DNA from: Lama guanicoe
Taxonomy: Eukaryota
Assembly (NCBI GenBank): GCA_013239625.1
Contig: MU057102.1
Span: 3,221,713 to 3,285,712 of the forward strand
Reading direction: 5' to 3'
Length of the DNA stretch: 64,000 bases
Below, in pieces: positions 32,870-46,064 of this stretch. Under the pieces are notes generated by a model. That model saw nothing but the letters and a program-made list of their open reading frames with translations, made no database searches and had not been told where the DNA came from. Each line of letters begins with the position of its first letter. Positions within the stretch are counted from its first letter, which is position 1. Both the position numbers and the translations under genes were made by a program.

Positions 32870-34605
32870 TTTTTAATTCTTATCTTTTATTGAAGTGTAG
32901 TTGATTTGCAGTGTTAGTTCCAGGTGTACAGCAAAGTGATTCAGTTATACATACACATACGTATTTTCTTTTCAGATTCTCTTCCGTTACACGTCATTAT
33001 AAGAAATTGAATCTAGTTCCCCGTGCTGTACAGTAGGACCTTGTTGTCTGTCTTTTTCATGTATAGTAGTGTGGGTCTGTTAATCCCCAACGCCTAATTT
33101 ATCCCTCCCTGCCCTTTCCCCTTTGGTACCCATAGTTTGTTTTCTATGCCAGTGAGTCTGTTTTTGGTTTGCAAATAGAATTCGTTATCTTTTCTTTCTT
33201 AGATTCCACAAATAAGTGATACATATTTGTCTTCCTCTGATTTATTTGACTCAATATGATAATCTCTAGGTCTATCCATGTTGATGCAAAGGGCATTATT
33301 TATTTTTTTTATGGTTGAGTAGTAGTCCACTGTATAAATGTACCACAGTTTCTTTATCCAGTCGTGTCGGTGGACATGTAGGCTGCTTTCATGTCTCGGC
33401 TGTTGTAGGTAGTGGTGCTGTGAACACTGGGGTGCATGTGTTGTTTTGAATTATAATTTTCTCTGGGTACATACCCAGGAGTCGGGTAGCTGGATCACAT
33501 GGCAAGTCTATTTTTAGCTTTTAAGGAACCTTGATACTGTCCTCCATAGTAGCTGCACCAAACTGCATTCCCACCAGCACTGTAGGAGGGTTCCCTTCTC
33601 TCCACAGCCTCTCCAGCATTTGTCATTTGTGGGCTTTTGAATGATGGCTGTTCCGGCTGGTGTGAAGTGACACCTCATTGTAGTTTTGATTTGCATTTCT
33701 CTGGTAATTAGTGAAATTGAGCATCTTTTCATGTGCCTGCTGGCCGCCTGTATGCCTTCTTTACAGAGATGTCTATTTAGGTCTCCTGCCCATTTTTCGA
33801 TTGGGTTGCTTTATATATGTATAAAGCTGTATGAGCTGTTTGTTTATTTTGGAAATTAGTCTCTTGTCAGTCGGATAGTTTGCAAGTATTTTCTCCCATT
33901 TTGTAGGTTATCTTTTCATTTCGTTGAAGGTAGCCTTAGCTGTGCAAAAGCTTTAAAGTTTAATTAGATCCCATTTGTCTATTTTTGCTTTTATTTCCAT
34001 TACTCTAGGAGATAGACCCAAAAAAGTACTGCTGCGATTTATGTCAGAGTGTTCTGCCTCTGTTCCCATTTAGGAGTTTCCTAGTATCTGGTCTTGTTAT
34101 AGGTCTTTAGTCCCTTTTGAGCTGATGTGTGTATATGGCGTTAGGGGAGGTTCTAATTTCATTCTTTCACAGGTATCTGTCCAGTTTTCCCAGCACCACT
34201 TATTGAAGAGACTGTCTTTTCTCCATTGTGTGTTCTTGCCTCCTTTGTCATAGATTAATTGACCAAGAGTGTGTGGGTTTGTTTTTGGACTTTCTATCCT
34301 GTTTCATTGATACATGTGTCTGTTTTGTGCCAGGACCAGACTATTTTGATCTGTAGCTTTGTAGTATAGGCTGAAGTCAGGGAGTGTGATTCCCCCATCT
34401 CTGTTCTCCTTTCTCAAGATTATTTTGGCTATTCGTGGTCTTCTGTGTTTCCATGTAAATTTTAACATGTTTTGTTCCAGTTCTGTGAAAAGTGTCATTG
34501 GTAATTTGACAGGAATTGCACTGAATCTGCAGATTGCCTTGGGTAGTATGGCCATTTTGGCAACATTGGTTCTTCCAATGCAGGAACATGGTACATCTTT
34601 CCTCT
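32870..34605 (-). mobile_element. 5'-truncated LINE-1, about 1.7 kb (ORF2 C-terminus + 3'UTR)
   Basis: ORF2 remnants [19 protein letters not shown]... (34304-34555) and [25 protein letters not shown]...[18 protein letters not shown] (33514-33732); T-rich tail at left end. Confidence 0.95.
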
Positions 34606-35379
34606 GGGTCGTGAGAAGGGCTTATTTTGAGGAGACCTCTGTGTGTGGCTTTTGTCTAATAAATTGAACTCCAATAAGATTCATAGGAGACCCGAAAAGC
34701 TTTTGAAAGAAGTACAGTGGCAAAACACTGCTGGTTTGGACTGAAAAGGACCATGAAACTAAAAGAGGCCTCTGGGCCCTTAAGAGTCTGCTGGCAGGAA
34801 GCAGGCTGACAAAACTACCCCGTTGTGAACACATGCTACCTTCCATGCAAAAGGAAGGGAGGTTCAGAGGTGGAGCCATGGGGCCCAGAGGCAGGGTCAG
34901 GGGGTGTAGAGAGTCACTGGTGGAGCAAGGAACAGCTGTGGCCGGTGGTCCTGTGTATCCCCTCCCTGCCCCCCCCGAACAGGAGTGTTGGCAGCAGGTA
35001 CCCCGGGTTTGGCCCATGAATGCTGGGGGGGTGTGCTTGGTGGGGCCTGGGGATAGGGTGCAGGGAAGTTGTCTCTCTAGTTCGGAAGTCTTCAGACTGA
35101 GAGGAACTTCACACCAGGAGGTGTGCTTAGGGAACTCCATCCAAAGAGCTGATTTTGGTGATGAGATTCTGGGCTTTGGGCTAGTGCTCTTGTGGGATGA
35201 GACTTGGGGGCTTTGGCAAGATGGTAAGTAATTTGTGGCCAGAGAGTGGCCTGTGGTGGCCCTGAGGGACAGGTAGGGAGGCTGGGCTGGCGGGAGCAGG
35301 GGTGGTGATGGATGAGGTCTGGGGGCGGGGCGGGCAGCTGGGGGTTCGTGCGCAGGGGGCACCTGACTCAGGTTCTGGA

Positions 35380-35481
35380 TTTTTTTTTCAGGGGGAGGTA
35401 ATTAGGTTTATTTATTTTAATGGAGGTACTACGGGTTGAACCCAGGACCTCAGCCTCATGCATGCTGAGCATGTGCTCTAC
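35380..35481 (-). mobile_element. tRNA-derived SINE (Vic-1-like, camelid), 5'-truncated, with target-site duplication
   Basis: Reverse strand GGTAGAGCACATGCTCAGCATGCATGAGG...GGGTTCAACCC (B box)...AAATAAATAAACCTAATTACCTCCCCC + A tail; flanked by CTCAGGTTCTGGA and CTCAGATTCTGCA (11/13 identical). Confidence 0.8.
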
Positions 35482-36055
35482 CTCAGATTCTGCAAGAATC
35501 ACCCTGGCTACTGGCTTTTACATCACATTATTTGGATGGAACGCGCTCACGCATCGGGGAACTCGATCTCTCGACTAAAAGTGCTGTAAGCTATATGTGT
35601 ATGTGAGAGCTACCAAACCCTTGGCTGGGCCGGAGTGGTCTTTATTCTTGACTCTTGTATGTGGAACCAAGACGTGTCAGAACTAAATTAAATTTGTCCA
35701 GCATGATTAATTTTTCATAGTTCCAGGCTGATTGCTATCTTGTTCCCGTTGGACATTCATTTTCCTATCTTCCCGTCTAGAGATGTGCTCAGCTTATCAG
35801 GCTGTCATCCTATGTCCCCAACTTACTTCTTTTTGTGTGTGTGGAGCCAGTCTTGTTTCCGGCTAGTCCGTCAGGATCCTGCCCCTCCTTCACCCCCAAC
35901 CCCCAGGACTCTTTTTCAGCGATTCTCCCATCAAGTTGCTGATTCCTCTGTCCTTCTGCAGGAAGACGCCGATGGAGCATCCCAGGTGAGTCAGCAGCTT
36001 CCGCTTGAACCAAAAGGGTGCACTTCAACCCAGGGGAGCGCTCTTCTCTCTCTCC

Positions 36056-36606
36056 TTTTTTTTGTTTAATTGAGGTATAGTTGATTCACAATGTTGTATT
36101 AGCTTCCGGTGTACAACACAGTGATTCAGTTATGTATATGTATATTCTTTTTCATGACTGGTCACTACAAGTTATTGAAGTAGTTCCCTGTGCTGTACAG
36201 TAGAACATTGTTGTTTATCTATTCTGTACATAGTAGTTTGTATCAGCCAAACCCAAACTCCCAATTTCTCTCTCTCTCCCCTCTAACTCCCTGGTGACCA
36301 TAAGTTTGTTTTCTATCTCTGTGAGTCTCTGTTTTGTAAATAAGTTCATGTCATTTTTTAAGATTCCACGTATAAGTGATATCATACGATATTTGTCTTT
36401 TTCTGACTGACTTCACTTTTTTTGTATTTTCTATTTTTTTATTGAAATGTGGTTAATTTACGATGTTAGTTTCAGGTGTACAGCAAAGCAATTCAGTTAT
36501 CCACATACATATACGTATATATATTTTTCAGATTATTTTCCATTACAGCTCAATACAAGAAGTTGAATATAGCTCCCTGTGCTCTACAGTAGGTCCTTGT
36601 CATCTG
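36056..36606 (-). mobile_element. Two abutting L1 3'-end fragments (36056-36416 and 36417-36606)
   Basis: Each begins on the plus strand with a T tract then ...ttga..t..a..gtt...gtgtaca.ca.ag..attcagttat. Confidence 0.85.
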
Positions 36607-39600
36607 TGAGTGGCTCTTCTGATTAACTGGGGGTTACCGGGTTGTTTTTTCCCCCATATATGCAAATTTAAAAGGTCCACCAGCTAGAGTCATGTGACGG
36701 TGCCTGGCAGACTGGAAGTCCCTTGCAATGACTTAGCTGTCAGTGTGGAACCTGGCTGCAGGGAGGGAGCAAGTGTGACTTTTTGATCATTAGTCTGTAT
36801 TTTATGTGTTAAGAATCATGACGGTTTTTTGTTTTTTTGTTTTCTTGCTTTGTTGTTTTGTTTGCTTTGTCAACGTGTAGGCTTTAATGGGATGTCAGCC
36901 ACTTTATAAAACTCACACTTTGAAGATGTAAAGTATTCTGGAAAACACCCCTCGGTACGGGGGTGGCAGCAGATCCTGGTGCTGAGGGCTCTGTGGTTGA
37001 CCTTCCAGCAAAGGGGCAACTGGTCCGCATCCCCAGAGCTCAGTGCCTGGCCCGTCATGAGCACTTGAACTGTGCAGCGTGTGGCAGGCAGCCCTGCATC
37101 CAGTGCTAGCTCTGCCTCTCCTGTGGTCCCATTGCTAAGATGGGCTGATGGCGCCTACCTGCTGGGCTGGCTCTGAGGATGAAGGGAGAGAGTGAATGTC
37201 ACCTGCTTAACAGTGCTTGGCAACGGCAGTGGTTGTGGTTGCTGGGGTGGGGGGGGTGAAATAGTGGCAGGGGCTCGGGGAATGGATGTGGTCTGTAGCT
37301 TGACTGTGGTGGTCATTACAGAACTGGACACGGTCCTCAAAGCTCATGGAGCTGGGTGCGTGTTCAGGTGTAGACAAAGGTGTCCCCTGCTGCTGCCCCC
37401 TTCTCTCCCGATGGCTCCTCTCCGGCCTTGGCCCGTGTCCCTCTGGCCCCAGAGCCCTGGATGACCACATGCCCACTTCTCAGGTACTCGGCCCACCCTG
37501 TCTGTGCCCCAGGCTGCAGGTTTCCTGCTGGGGTGTGGCAGGGGTCCCTGAGCTGGTCCTCCCTGCACAGAGGCCAGGCTGTGCCTCACCCATCAGTATT
37601 GGGCAGAGCCTGGGCCCAGGAGGGAGAAGGCATGCTGGCCCTGGAGTTCCCGGCGCCTGGTGTGGAGTGGTCAGTGTTGTAGAGTGAGGGGTGAACGTGA
37701 AGGGTTGGGCAGGTGACCAGCTCCCCTCCACCTGGCACAGTGACCCTGGGCTGAGCCTCAGTGTCCCCACCTGTAGAATGGATCTGCTGTTGCCATGTGG
37801 ATGAGTGGCTCATCCATGAGGTGGGTGAGGTGGGGGTCTTTCTAGCAGCTCTTGGGCTTTGGGGGCCCAGCCACAGACACTGGGGGTGGCCCCAGACCAC
37901 AGTGCCTGCTGGCCTAGGGAGCCCACGCAGCACATACCCCAGGTGCTCACCCTGGAGACCTGCTTGGGGTGGGGTGGGGGCCCCTTCCCTCTCCCTTCCT
38001 CCCCCATCCTTCCCCCCGAGCAAGGGCCGCACCCTCTCCTGCTCTGTTCTGGTCCCAGCTGCCTGTCTTTCACTGGATGTGGGGCTGCACCTTCCTTCTA
38101 GAAGCCTGGGGACCCTAGAGGGGTTGGGCAGGGACAAAACCCTGGCAGGCCCAGCTGGAGGGCACCAGCCACAAGGCTTGGCCTGACTGTGGGTGGGTTC
38201 TCCACCCTCCATGCCCCAGGCTTCCTCCCTCTTCACCACCACAGGACGGGGTCCTGAGGGGAGGCCAGAACCATCCTCAGAGCTGGAAGTCCAGGGCCGG
38301 GTCTGGGCTTAGCTGCCAAACAAGGAGGCACTGCAGCCCCTATCCTGGCAGCCAGGGTACCTCTAGTGGACCTGGCGTGGCACTAGCCCGGGTAGTGACT
38401 GGTCACCAGGTGCCGCCCAGAGGGGCAGGGTGGGATCCCTTTTGGGGCTCTGGGTAGAGGGTGCAGACGTCCCCTCAGGGTTGGTGGGGGGAGAGGAGCC
38501 TCCAGGTGACTCTCCTTCTGGGGCCCCCTCCTGCCCCTCCTCTCAGCTCCACCGAGCGTTACACCCCAAAGGCACATCCCTTCTCCAGGCATCTTCCCAT
38601 CTCACGCTCTTTTATTCATTCGTTCACTCTGCCTTGTGTCCCTGCTGTGCCCCAGGTACTGCCATACTGGTGCATTGGTCTGTCTCCTGCTGGCGGCAGG
38701 TCCCTGGCCTCAGGCCCTGCCCAGGACACAGCACAGTGAGCACCCACCCGTGTGCTGCCCCATCTCTCCCAGGAAAGCACTGCTGTTTCAAGGCCAACAG
38801 AGACAGCTCCAGCTCCTCCACCCAGAAGGTGCCTCCAGCCCCAGTAGCGGTCACAGAGTCACCGTGCCTGCCACCTGCCTCTTCTGCTGGCTCCTGGTCA
38901 CTCTGGTTCAGGTTATGGGGGCATCTGTCCTCTCTCCTAACAAGGCTCTGGGGCAGGGGGCCCCAGGGATCCTGGTACAGGGAGGATGGAGCCCAGTGAA
39001 GTGCTCCGGTGAGAGCAGCACTGGGGTGGGACAAGGACAAGGCCCTGTGCTCTGTGCCTCAGACTTCTCTTCTGTAGAAAGGGTAGGTCCTGACTCCTTC
39101 CCTCGGGGTAATCCATGGCAGCGTCTGGCAAGTGGCACTGCAGGTCAGTGCGCCCAGCTGGTGTGGGCCGAGCCCTCTTGACATGACACGGACAGTGAGC
39201 TGGAGTGCTGGTCCAGCGTGCTTGGTGTGCACGCGGCCCTGGTCTGACCCTCCATGTGAGACCCAACAGTGACCTCTGGTCTGCAGCTCCTTCACCACAA
39301 CTCCCTCCTCGGCTGCAGGAGGGTTTTGAGTTGCTTTTCAGTTTCACATGAGATCGTCAAACCCAAGGAGAGCTATTAGTTTAATGGGGCACAGACTGTA
39401 TCCCCTGATCCACTGGAAACCTTCAGTGGTTATCCACGTAAGTACTGAAGAGCAGGTGGATAGAACTTACTCAGTCACAAGGCTTCTGACAAACCCAAAG
39501 GTGACCTGAGGTGGTTGTCATGGGTCCAGATGGGGTAGAAGACTCAGCTCCCTTCCCCAGCATGGGTGCCCCCAGGTGCCTGTTCTGGCCTGGCTCACAA

Positions 39601-40649
39601 GGAACCTGGCCAGAACCGCTTGACTCATAGAAGGTATGAAAGGATGGCTGTGTGGACCCCTGTGGCTTCGCTGGTCTGCATAGCAAACCTCCATCCCCTA
39701 CCCCACCCCAGCCCCATGTGTTGCTGGCCCTGCTCCCTGCACCAGCCACGCTGGCCTCCAGCTCTTCCAGGAGGCTGCAGGGAGACTTTTCCCACCAGTC
39801 ACAGTGACAGCTGGCTTGGCTTGGCTCTAAAGTCTTTATAGGACCAGCCTCACCAGGCCCAGAACCTGCATGGAGGCCCTGGCCTGGCATTTGGGGGCTG
39901 CATCCCTGGTGTCTCCCCTAACACCCAAACCCAAGGATGCCCAGGAGGCTATGCTCTCACCTCCTTGGGGTTTCTTCCCAGTGTCACTCCCTTTTTGACT
40001 TAAAAGAGCCCTCACCCCATCTGGTCCCTCTCCTCTCAAGCTGTACCACCTGATGCATTAAGCATTTGTCTGACCTCAGGACCTGGCCAGCTTGAAGCCC
40101 CCACTTCAAGTCCAGCCCTTGCCCCCATGCTGAGAGTGAGCACACAGGTGCCAGGCTCCTCTTCCCAATCTGACCCCTTCCCACCTCCCCCACAAACCTC
40201 AGGGCCTGGGGACTCAAATGAGAGCGCTCTGGACCACATGATCCCTAAGGCCTCTCCCAGCCCCAGTGACCCTGCTCACGTTCCCCTGCCTGCACCCTTT
40301 AAATCTCGTCTGAAACAAACCCATGAAGACAGCCGCGGACGAGACGTCCGGCCTCGGGGCTGCCCCGTGAGGTGGGGGTGGCAGGGCGGTGTCCGCTGCG
40401 GGGGCCAGTGGAGCGGGGTACGGCCAGAAGCTAGCATCCTGGGTCAGGCGCTCATTTCATCCCCCGAGGATGGAATGCTGGAGGGGAGGCAGGGCCCCTC
40501 CCAAAGGCCAGTCCGCTGACCGCCAGCCTCACTTCCTGGAGACCGCCCCCAAGAGGTCCGGCCGGCCGGACCACGGTGCTCAGACGAACAAGTGCCCACC
40601 CTTCTCTCCTGCCCGTAGCCCTGGACCACGGACTCTGGGCACCCGCCGC

Positions 40650-42050
40650 CCTGCCCGTCACTGGGCCGAGCCTCAGGGAGACCCGAGAGGGCTAGCGACC
40701 TGCCCAAGGTCATACAGCGAATTACAGGAAGGGCGGGGTCGGCGGCGACGGCGAGTTAGGGTTCTGGGCCGGATGGTGCGCGAAGTGGGGCCCGAACCGC
40801 CGGCTGGGCCAAGCCCTTGGCGCTGGCCAAGCCACCCACCTCTGAGCCCAGCGTCCCCCGCGCCACCAGCCTTGAGTCGCCGCCTCCGCCCGCCTTCGCA
40901 GCTGGGAGAGCGACGTCACGCCCAGCGCCCGCAGGCCCGCAGGCGAGCGGGGCGCCGACCCCGGGGGCGGGGCCACCCCGGCGCACGCGCTTTTCGCCTA
41001 CCCGCCGCAGAAACGCGGAGGTCTGCGCAGGCCCCGCCCATCTGCTCGAGCCCCGCTCCCGGCCGGCCCGCCCCTCCGTCGGCACACGGCCCGCCCGCCC
41101 GCCTGCAGCAGTCCCACCCCCGCGGCACAGGCCCTGTCCCCGGCTTGCGGAGCGGCGCGGCTGAGGGACCGCAGGCGCGGGCCCGCTAATGGGAGGGGCC
41201 GTGGCGCGGGGCGGGGCCTGTGTCGGGGGCGGGGCGCCGCCGCGGTCCTGTTCGCCGCGGCTGGGGCGCGTCGTCCTTGGAGGGAGGAGCGCGGCTGAGG
41301 GCCAGCGCCTCCCCCGCTCAGCCCGCCCCGCCGCGCTCAGGTACCGGCCCGGCGTGGCCCGCGAGGCGCCCGTCCTTGCGTGCGCGCGCCCGGGGTTGTG
41401 CGTGCGCGCGCCGGCGCGGGGCCGCGCGTGAACTTGGGCTGGACGGTGTCCGCTCCCGTCAGCGCGCCGGGCCCGGCCCGCGCGGCCCGATGCTTTTCCA
41501 CCCGCGTCGGTGCCGGCGCCGAGCGTTTTCGCCGCTGGACCCGGAGAGCGCGGCGGGCGGGTCACTGAGGGCGCGGGGACCCGGGGGCTCGCGACCCGGG
41601 GTTGGGACTCCTGCCGCGCGCACGACCCCCGGGCCGGCTCAGGCCCCGGGCCCCCCGCGCCCAGGACCTCCTGCGCCCCGAGACCCCGCGCAGCCCGGGG
41701 CCCCGTGCGCGCCCCAAGAGTCCCAGGTCTCGAGACTCCTGCGCCCCGGGAGCCGCGCGGAACCCTGGGCCCCCTGCGTCCCAAGAGCCCTTCGCCCCGG
41801 GTCCCGTGTGCCCCGAGACCCTGCGCACCCCGGGGCCCCCTGCGCTCCCCGAGACCCTGCGCACCCGGGGCCCCCGTGCACTCCACGCACCCTTTGACTG
41901 CGAGGGGCCGCGCCTCGGGCGCGCTGCCACTTGTTGAACCGACTTTGGGTGTCGCCTTTGCGAGCTGTTGTCGTTCCGGTGCCGAGACGCGCGGCTCCAG
42001 CGGTTCTTGGGGCTCATGTGTCTTGTCATCTTGCAGCGAGAAACAGGAAG
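40650..42050. promoter_or_regulatory. FAM53A promoter CpG island with probable non-coding exon 1 (donor after 41340)
   Basis: CpG-dense, multiple GGGCGG boxes, CRE-like GACGTCA near 40912, donor CAG|gtaccg at 41340/41341; first CpG island upstream of the FAM53A ATG. Confidence 0.75.
41660..41885. repeat. Degenerate GC-rich ~36-bp minisatellite in the FAM53A CpG island
   Basis: CCCCGAGACCCTGCGCACCCCGGGGCCCCCTGCGCT at 41811-41846, near copy 41847-41882, looser copies from about 41670. Confidence 0.75.
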
Positions 42051-44019
42051 TTTGATGTGATAAGCTGTGCCCTGACGAAGCCCCAAAGGTGGGCCCACAC
42101 GACGAGGGGAGGCCGGACCCCCCAACAACCTGTGGAAGGTGATTGGAAGTCGATTCCGAAGCTGCGTTCTCTGCATAGACGAGAGGTTTGAGTCGTAAGA
42201 CTTCCTGTCGGTGGAGAAAGGTGCGTTAGATGGATAGTGTGTGTTTTACTTTATTTCTACTTCATTTTCCCTCACTCTGAGTGCAGTTGCAGGTCTGAAA
42301 TGTGTTAGTCTATGTTAAATTGGCTGAAGTGTTTGCATCTTATCTTAGGCTGCTTCTGCTGGACTCTAAACTTCCCTAATGTCAAAATACATTTTTTTTA
42401 AAAGTCAAACTTGACTCATTGCTTAGTTGAGTTTATGATGATCTCTCAGCATTGAAAGCTTTCAGGGTGGATTAACTTGGCTTCAAGACTGCGCTTCAGT
42501 TTCACAACATTTCAAGAATTTAACTTGAACATATAGATTCTGTTTCTTCAGCTGTGACCTCACTGTCTCTTGAGTGTGTCCCCATCAAAGCAGGTCCCGA
42601 CAGGGAAGCCCAGCCTCGCACTCTGATGGTAGAAAGCAGGGGAACAGTTTGTCTCAATTTTGACAACTCGAAATTGCCCCCAACTTGAAATCGAAACAGC
42701 AATTGTTTAGAAGCAGTGGCTTTTCTTTAAACTGGCCTCCTCCCGTGGCTCACTGTGCAGAGAACTTAGACCTTGTTCTGGAGCTCAGTCCCTCTTGTGT
42801 GCTCTGTGGTGCCACTTTAAGGATCTCAGGAGGGTGAACAAGAGCCACCGTAACGGGCATGCCCTTTGGTGGACCCTGACATTTTCTTGACTTTGAATTT
42901 GGAGCCGCAAAGGGGAGCACTGTTCTTGTAGCTACTGGAAACATGTACTGGAGAGGATGCCAACGTTGTTGTCTTTTTCTTCTTTGTAAGTGGGCACATC
43001 AGGACCTTCCCTAGTCATAGAGACATCTGCTCATCTGCACAGTGTGCACAGGGAACAGGCTGCTGTTTGTTTACTGGGAGATGAAAGGACCAGGAGAACA
43101 GTCAGGTGTTTTTTCACAGGTGCATTCGAAACACTCAAAAACTTTTTTTTAAAGCAAATTAAAATTTTATATAAACCTTTTTGACTTTTTCTGCCATAAT
43201 ATTTTTCAAAGGAAAATTGACTTTCACAGTCATTTCAGCATTTGTTATAAGTGGTCCTAATTTAACGTGTGTGCCAGGGACCCAGCACTTTCCTGCATCT
43301 TCCTTAGTCTGAGTCCTTGCAGCCTCATGAGGTGGGTGGTTCTTCTCCAGAGAGGTGAGGTCACTGGCCTGGGAGAGCCCAGCTCTGAGCAGGCCAGCCC
43401 GGGTCCGACCCTGGGTCTTCTGTGCAGCCAATCAGAGCCCACCTTGTGTCCTTTCTCAGAAGGAAGATTTTGGGTGCAGTCTGCACGCACTAGGAGAGAG
43501 GTGACGACGAAAATCTCCTTTTTAAGATGTGAGTTTCTTCTCCTTTGTTGGCTTGCAGAGATAACGGTTCAAACATGGTTTCTGGGCACTTTTAAATTAA
43601 TAGTCCTGTTGTCTAAACCCTCTAGTTGTGGGTTTTAATATTAGTAAGATGTTGGTTAGTTAGGACATGTGATTTTTGTCTTATTTTCTTGTTTCAAAGT
43701 CTTCTCAAGAAGACTTCCATGGTCCTGTGCGCAGGGCTGTGTCTGCCTTGGGCTTTTCCAGGGATCACTGAGTGCGGCACCCACTGTGTTCTGTTAGAGA
43801 AGGTACTGAGCCCCTCAAGTGGAGTCGTACCTGCATGCCACCAGTGGGAAGTGGTCAGGCGATTTTGGCAGGCTGCAGTAACCTCACCTGTGCGGCTGGT
43901 GTTGATCCTGGGGACACGGCCACCCCCCCTTCTTCCCAGCCTGCTGTGACGCAGGACTGGTGATTGTGACCCACTCCAACAGCGAGAAAGGGGCATTTGG
44001 CTCCGTTTGCTTTGCTAAG

Positions 44020-44390
44020 TATCCCTGTTTTGGTTACTATGGCAGTGTAACAAACGAACTCCAAAATTGGTGGCTTCAGACAACGATGATCATTTATTAC
44101 TGCTCAGGATTTCGGGGCCTGGAATTTGGAGCAGCCTTGTGCAGCTTGGTCAGATGGGGGCTGGGGCTAGGTGTCTCCTCTGGGACATCCTCACTCTGTG
44201 TTGGGTTCCTGGGCTGGGAAGATGTGAACAGTGGGGCTGCCTGCAGCATGGCACCTTCGAGGCGTGTCCCAAAAAGGACCAGGCCTTTGTGGCACCTGGA
44301 AGTCACTTTGCGTCTGGTCAAGGGGCAATTAAACTCCACCTTCTCATGGGGGGCGTGCCAGAGCGTCTGCAGTCATGTGCTAAAAACCCT
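44020..44390 (-). mobile_element. MLT1-type (ERVL-MaLR) solo LTR
   Basis: tgtaacaaac...ccaaaattggtggcttcagacaac...catttatt...ctcag...ggaatttgg is the typical reverse MLT1 end. Confidence 0.65.
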
Positions 44391-46064
44391 GCACCAGCGA
44401 TCGCTAGTTAATAACTAATGTTCAACCAGGTTAGGAGTTTCTGTTCAAGTGCTCTTTGAGAGAAAACTAAATAAAAAGAAAAATCAGAGAAGCTGGAGTT
44501 GGTGCCGCTGTGTTAGTTGCGAGGTTGCGCTGTGTTAGCTACGACGCTTCTGGAACTTGGGATGTTCTCAACCTTGAGGTGCTGGTGGGCTTCACACTTT
44601 TTTTCATGAAAACCGCCGGAACCTGAGGCTTTCATGTCTGAAACCGCCTGGCTTTGGCCTTCTGGGTGTGCTGGGGTGGGCCCTGGCCCAACAGCTAAGC
44701 GGGTACTGGAGAGTTTCTCCCCACTTCGTGGGTCAGAAGCCAGCCAGCAGGAGCTGGAGTGGCCTGTCCAGAGCTCAGGCTTGAGTCCGGTGTCCGATTC
44801 GCAGCCGGTGGCGGGGTCTGGCTTGGGTGGCAGAGAGAGGCTACGTGTGGAGGTGGCTCTGCCTGTGCCCCAAGGCTGCCGCTGTTGGAGCCTCCGTGTC
44901 CACATGGATTCACTGAACTGCAGGTCCTCGCTCACCTCCCCAAGGGCCAGGCGGCCGCGCGTGGAGATGCCGGGCTGAGTGCTGGCCGTCCTGAGCGGGT
45001 CTTGGCCTCGAGAATCCCTCTCTTAGCAGGAATGGAGAGCAAGGTGATCGGCACACGGGAACCTCCGGCCTGAAAGCAGAGACCAGCGAGGGAGCTGGGC
45101 TGGGATGGCTGGGACGGGAGAGCCGTGAGGAGAGCCCTGTGGTGGGTTCAGCCTTAGAGGAGAGCGGGCCGAGGCTCAGGGCGTTCAGAGGTGCGGAGGG
45201 CCCTTGGTGGCTAAACAGGAGGTACAGAAACAAGCGTCATTGGAAGATGAAGTCCAGGGCTGGTCGTGGCAGCAGTTCAGCAGCAACAAGAAAGTAGCAG
45301 AGGTGGAGGCCTGGGAGGGCTGGCTGTTCTAGAAACAGACCTGGGAAAGGGGGCTGGCGGACTCATCAATGAAGCCAGCACATCTCTGAGGCCTCAGTGG
45401 CTCAGTTTCCCCCTTCAGAAGACCCTGCCCAAGGCCCCTGCACGCTTCCCAGCTCTGGGAGAGGGAAGATTTGGGGAGCCCGGCTGGCATCCAGGGAGGA
45501 GAGAAGGGGTGTAGGCATTACACGCCCGCCGGGCCCCCTGCTCCGGGAGCCGCAAGCGGAGGGCGAGGCCCAGCCCAGCTGCTGGCAGCACTTGGACCTG
45601 GGGGAGGCATCCCTCCCCAGGCTGGCCTGTGCCTGGTCCAGGAGCGTAAGGGCTGCAGGCCGTCCCAATGGCTCTGGCCAAACGAGGCTTGCTTGTCGAG
45701 TTACAACTCCTTCGAGGGGTTGGTGGGAAGAGCGTGTTGGGCAGAAACCGCGCGGAGGAGGAGGGAGTTACTCACCTTGGGAAACAGCCTCCCCTGTGTG
45801 TCTCAGCTGGAGGACCGTTCACAGTGACAGCGTGTTGTCAGTGATGACTTAGCGGGAGGCTTGGAGACCTGCGCCACGCTGCTCCACAGAGTCTGTAGGT
45901 AATGTGTGAAATGGAACCATCGAGGACAGCTGTGCACGTGCACTGCTAAGTGTGGACGTAACAGATACCGAGGGCAGGGCTGGGGAGGGGGTGGGTGCTG
46001 GCCTTCTGTGTGGTACAGAAGCGCAGCGGCATTGCCATTGTTGCCACAATGGAAGGGATGTGCC

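Noticed and set aside
33514-34555. ORFs resembling a protein-coding gene
   Set aside because: Broken L1 ORF2 remnants in a truncated element.
35380-35481. tRNA gene
   Set aside because: 5'-truncated, has an A-rich tail and target-site duplication, and lacks a complete cloverleaf; it is a SINE.
40756-41886. 376-aa minus-strand ORF and neighbours
   Set aside because: CpG island plus minisatellite leaves several frames open at once; no coding signature.
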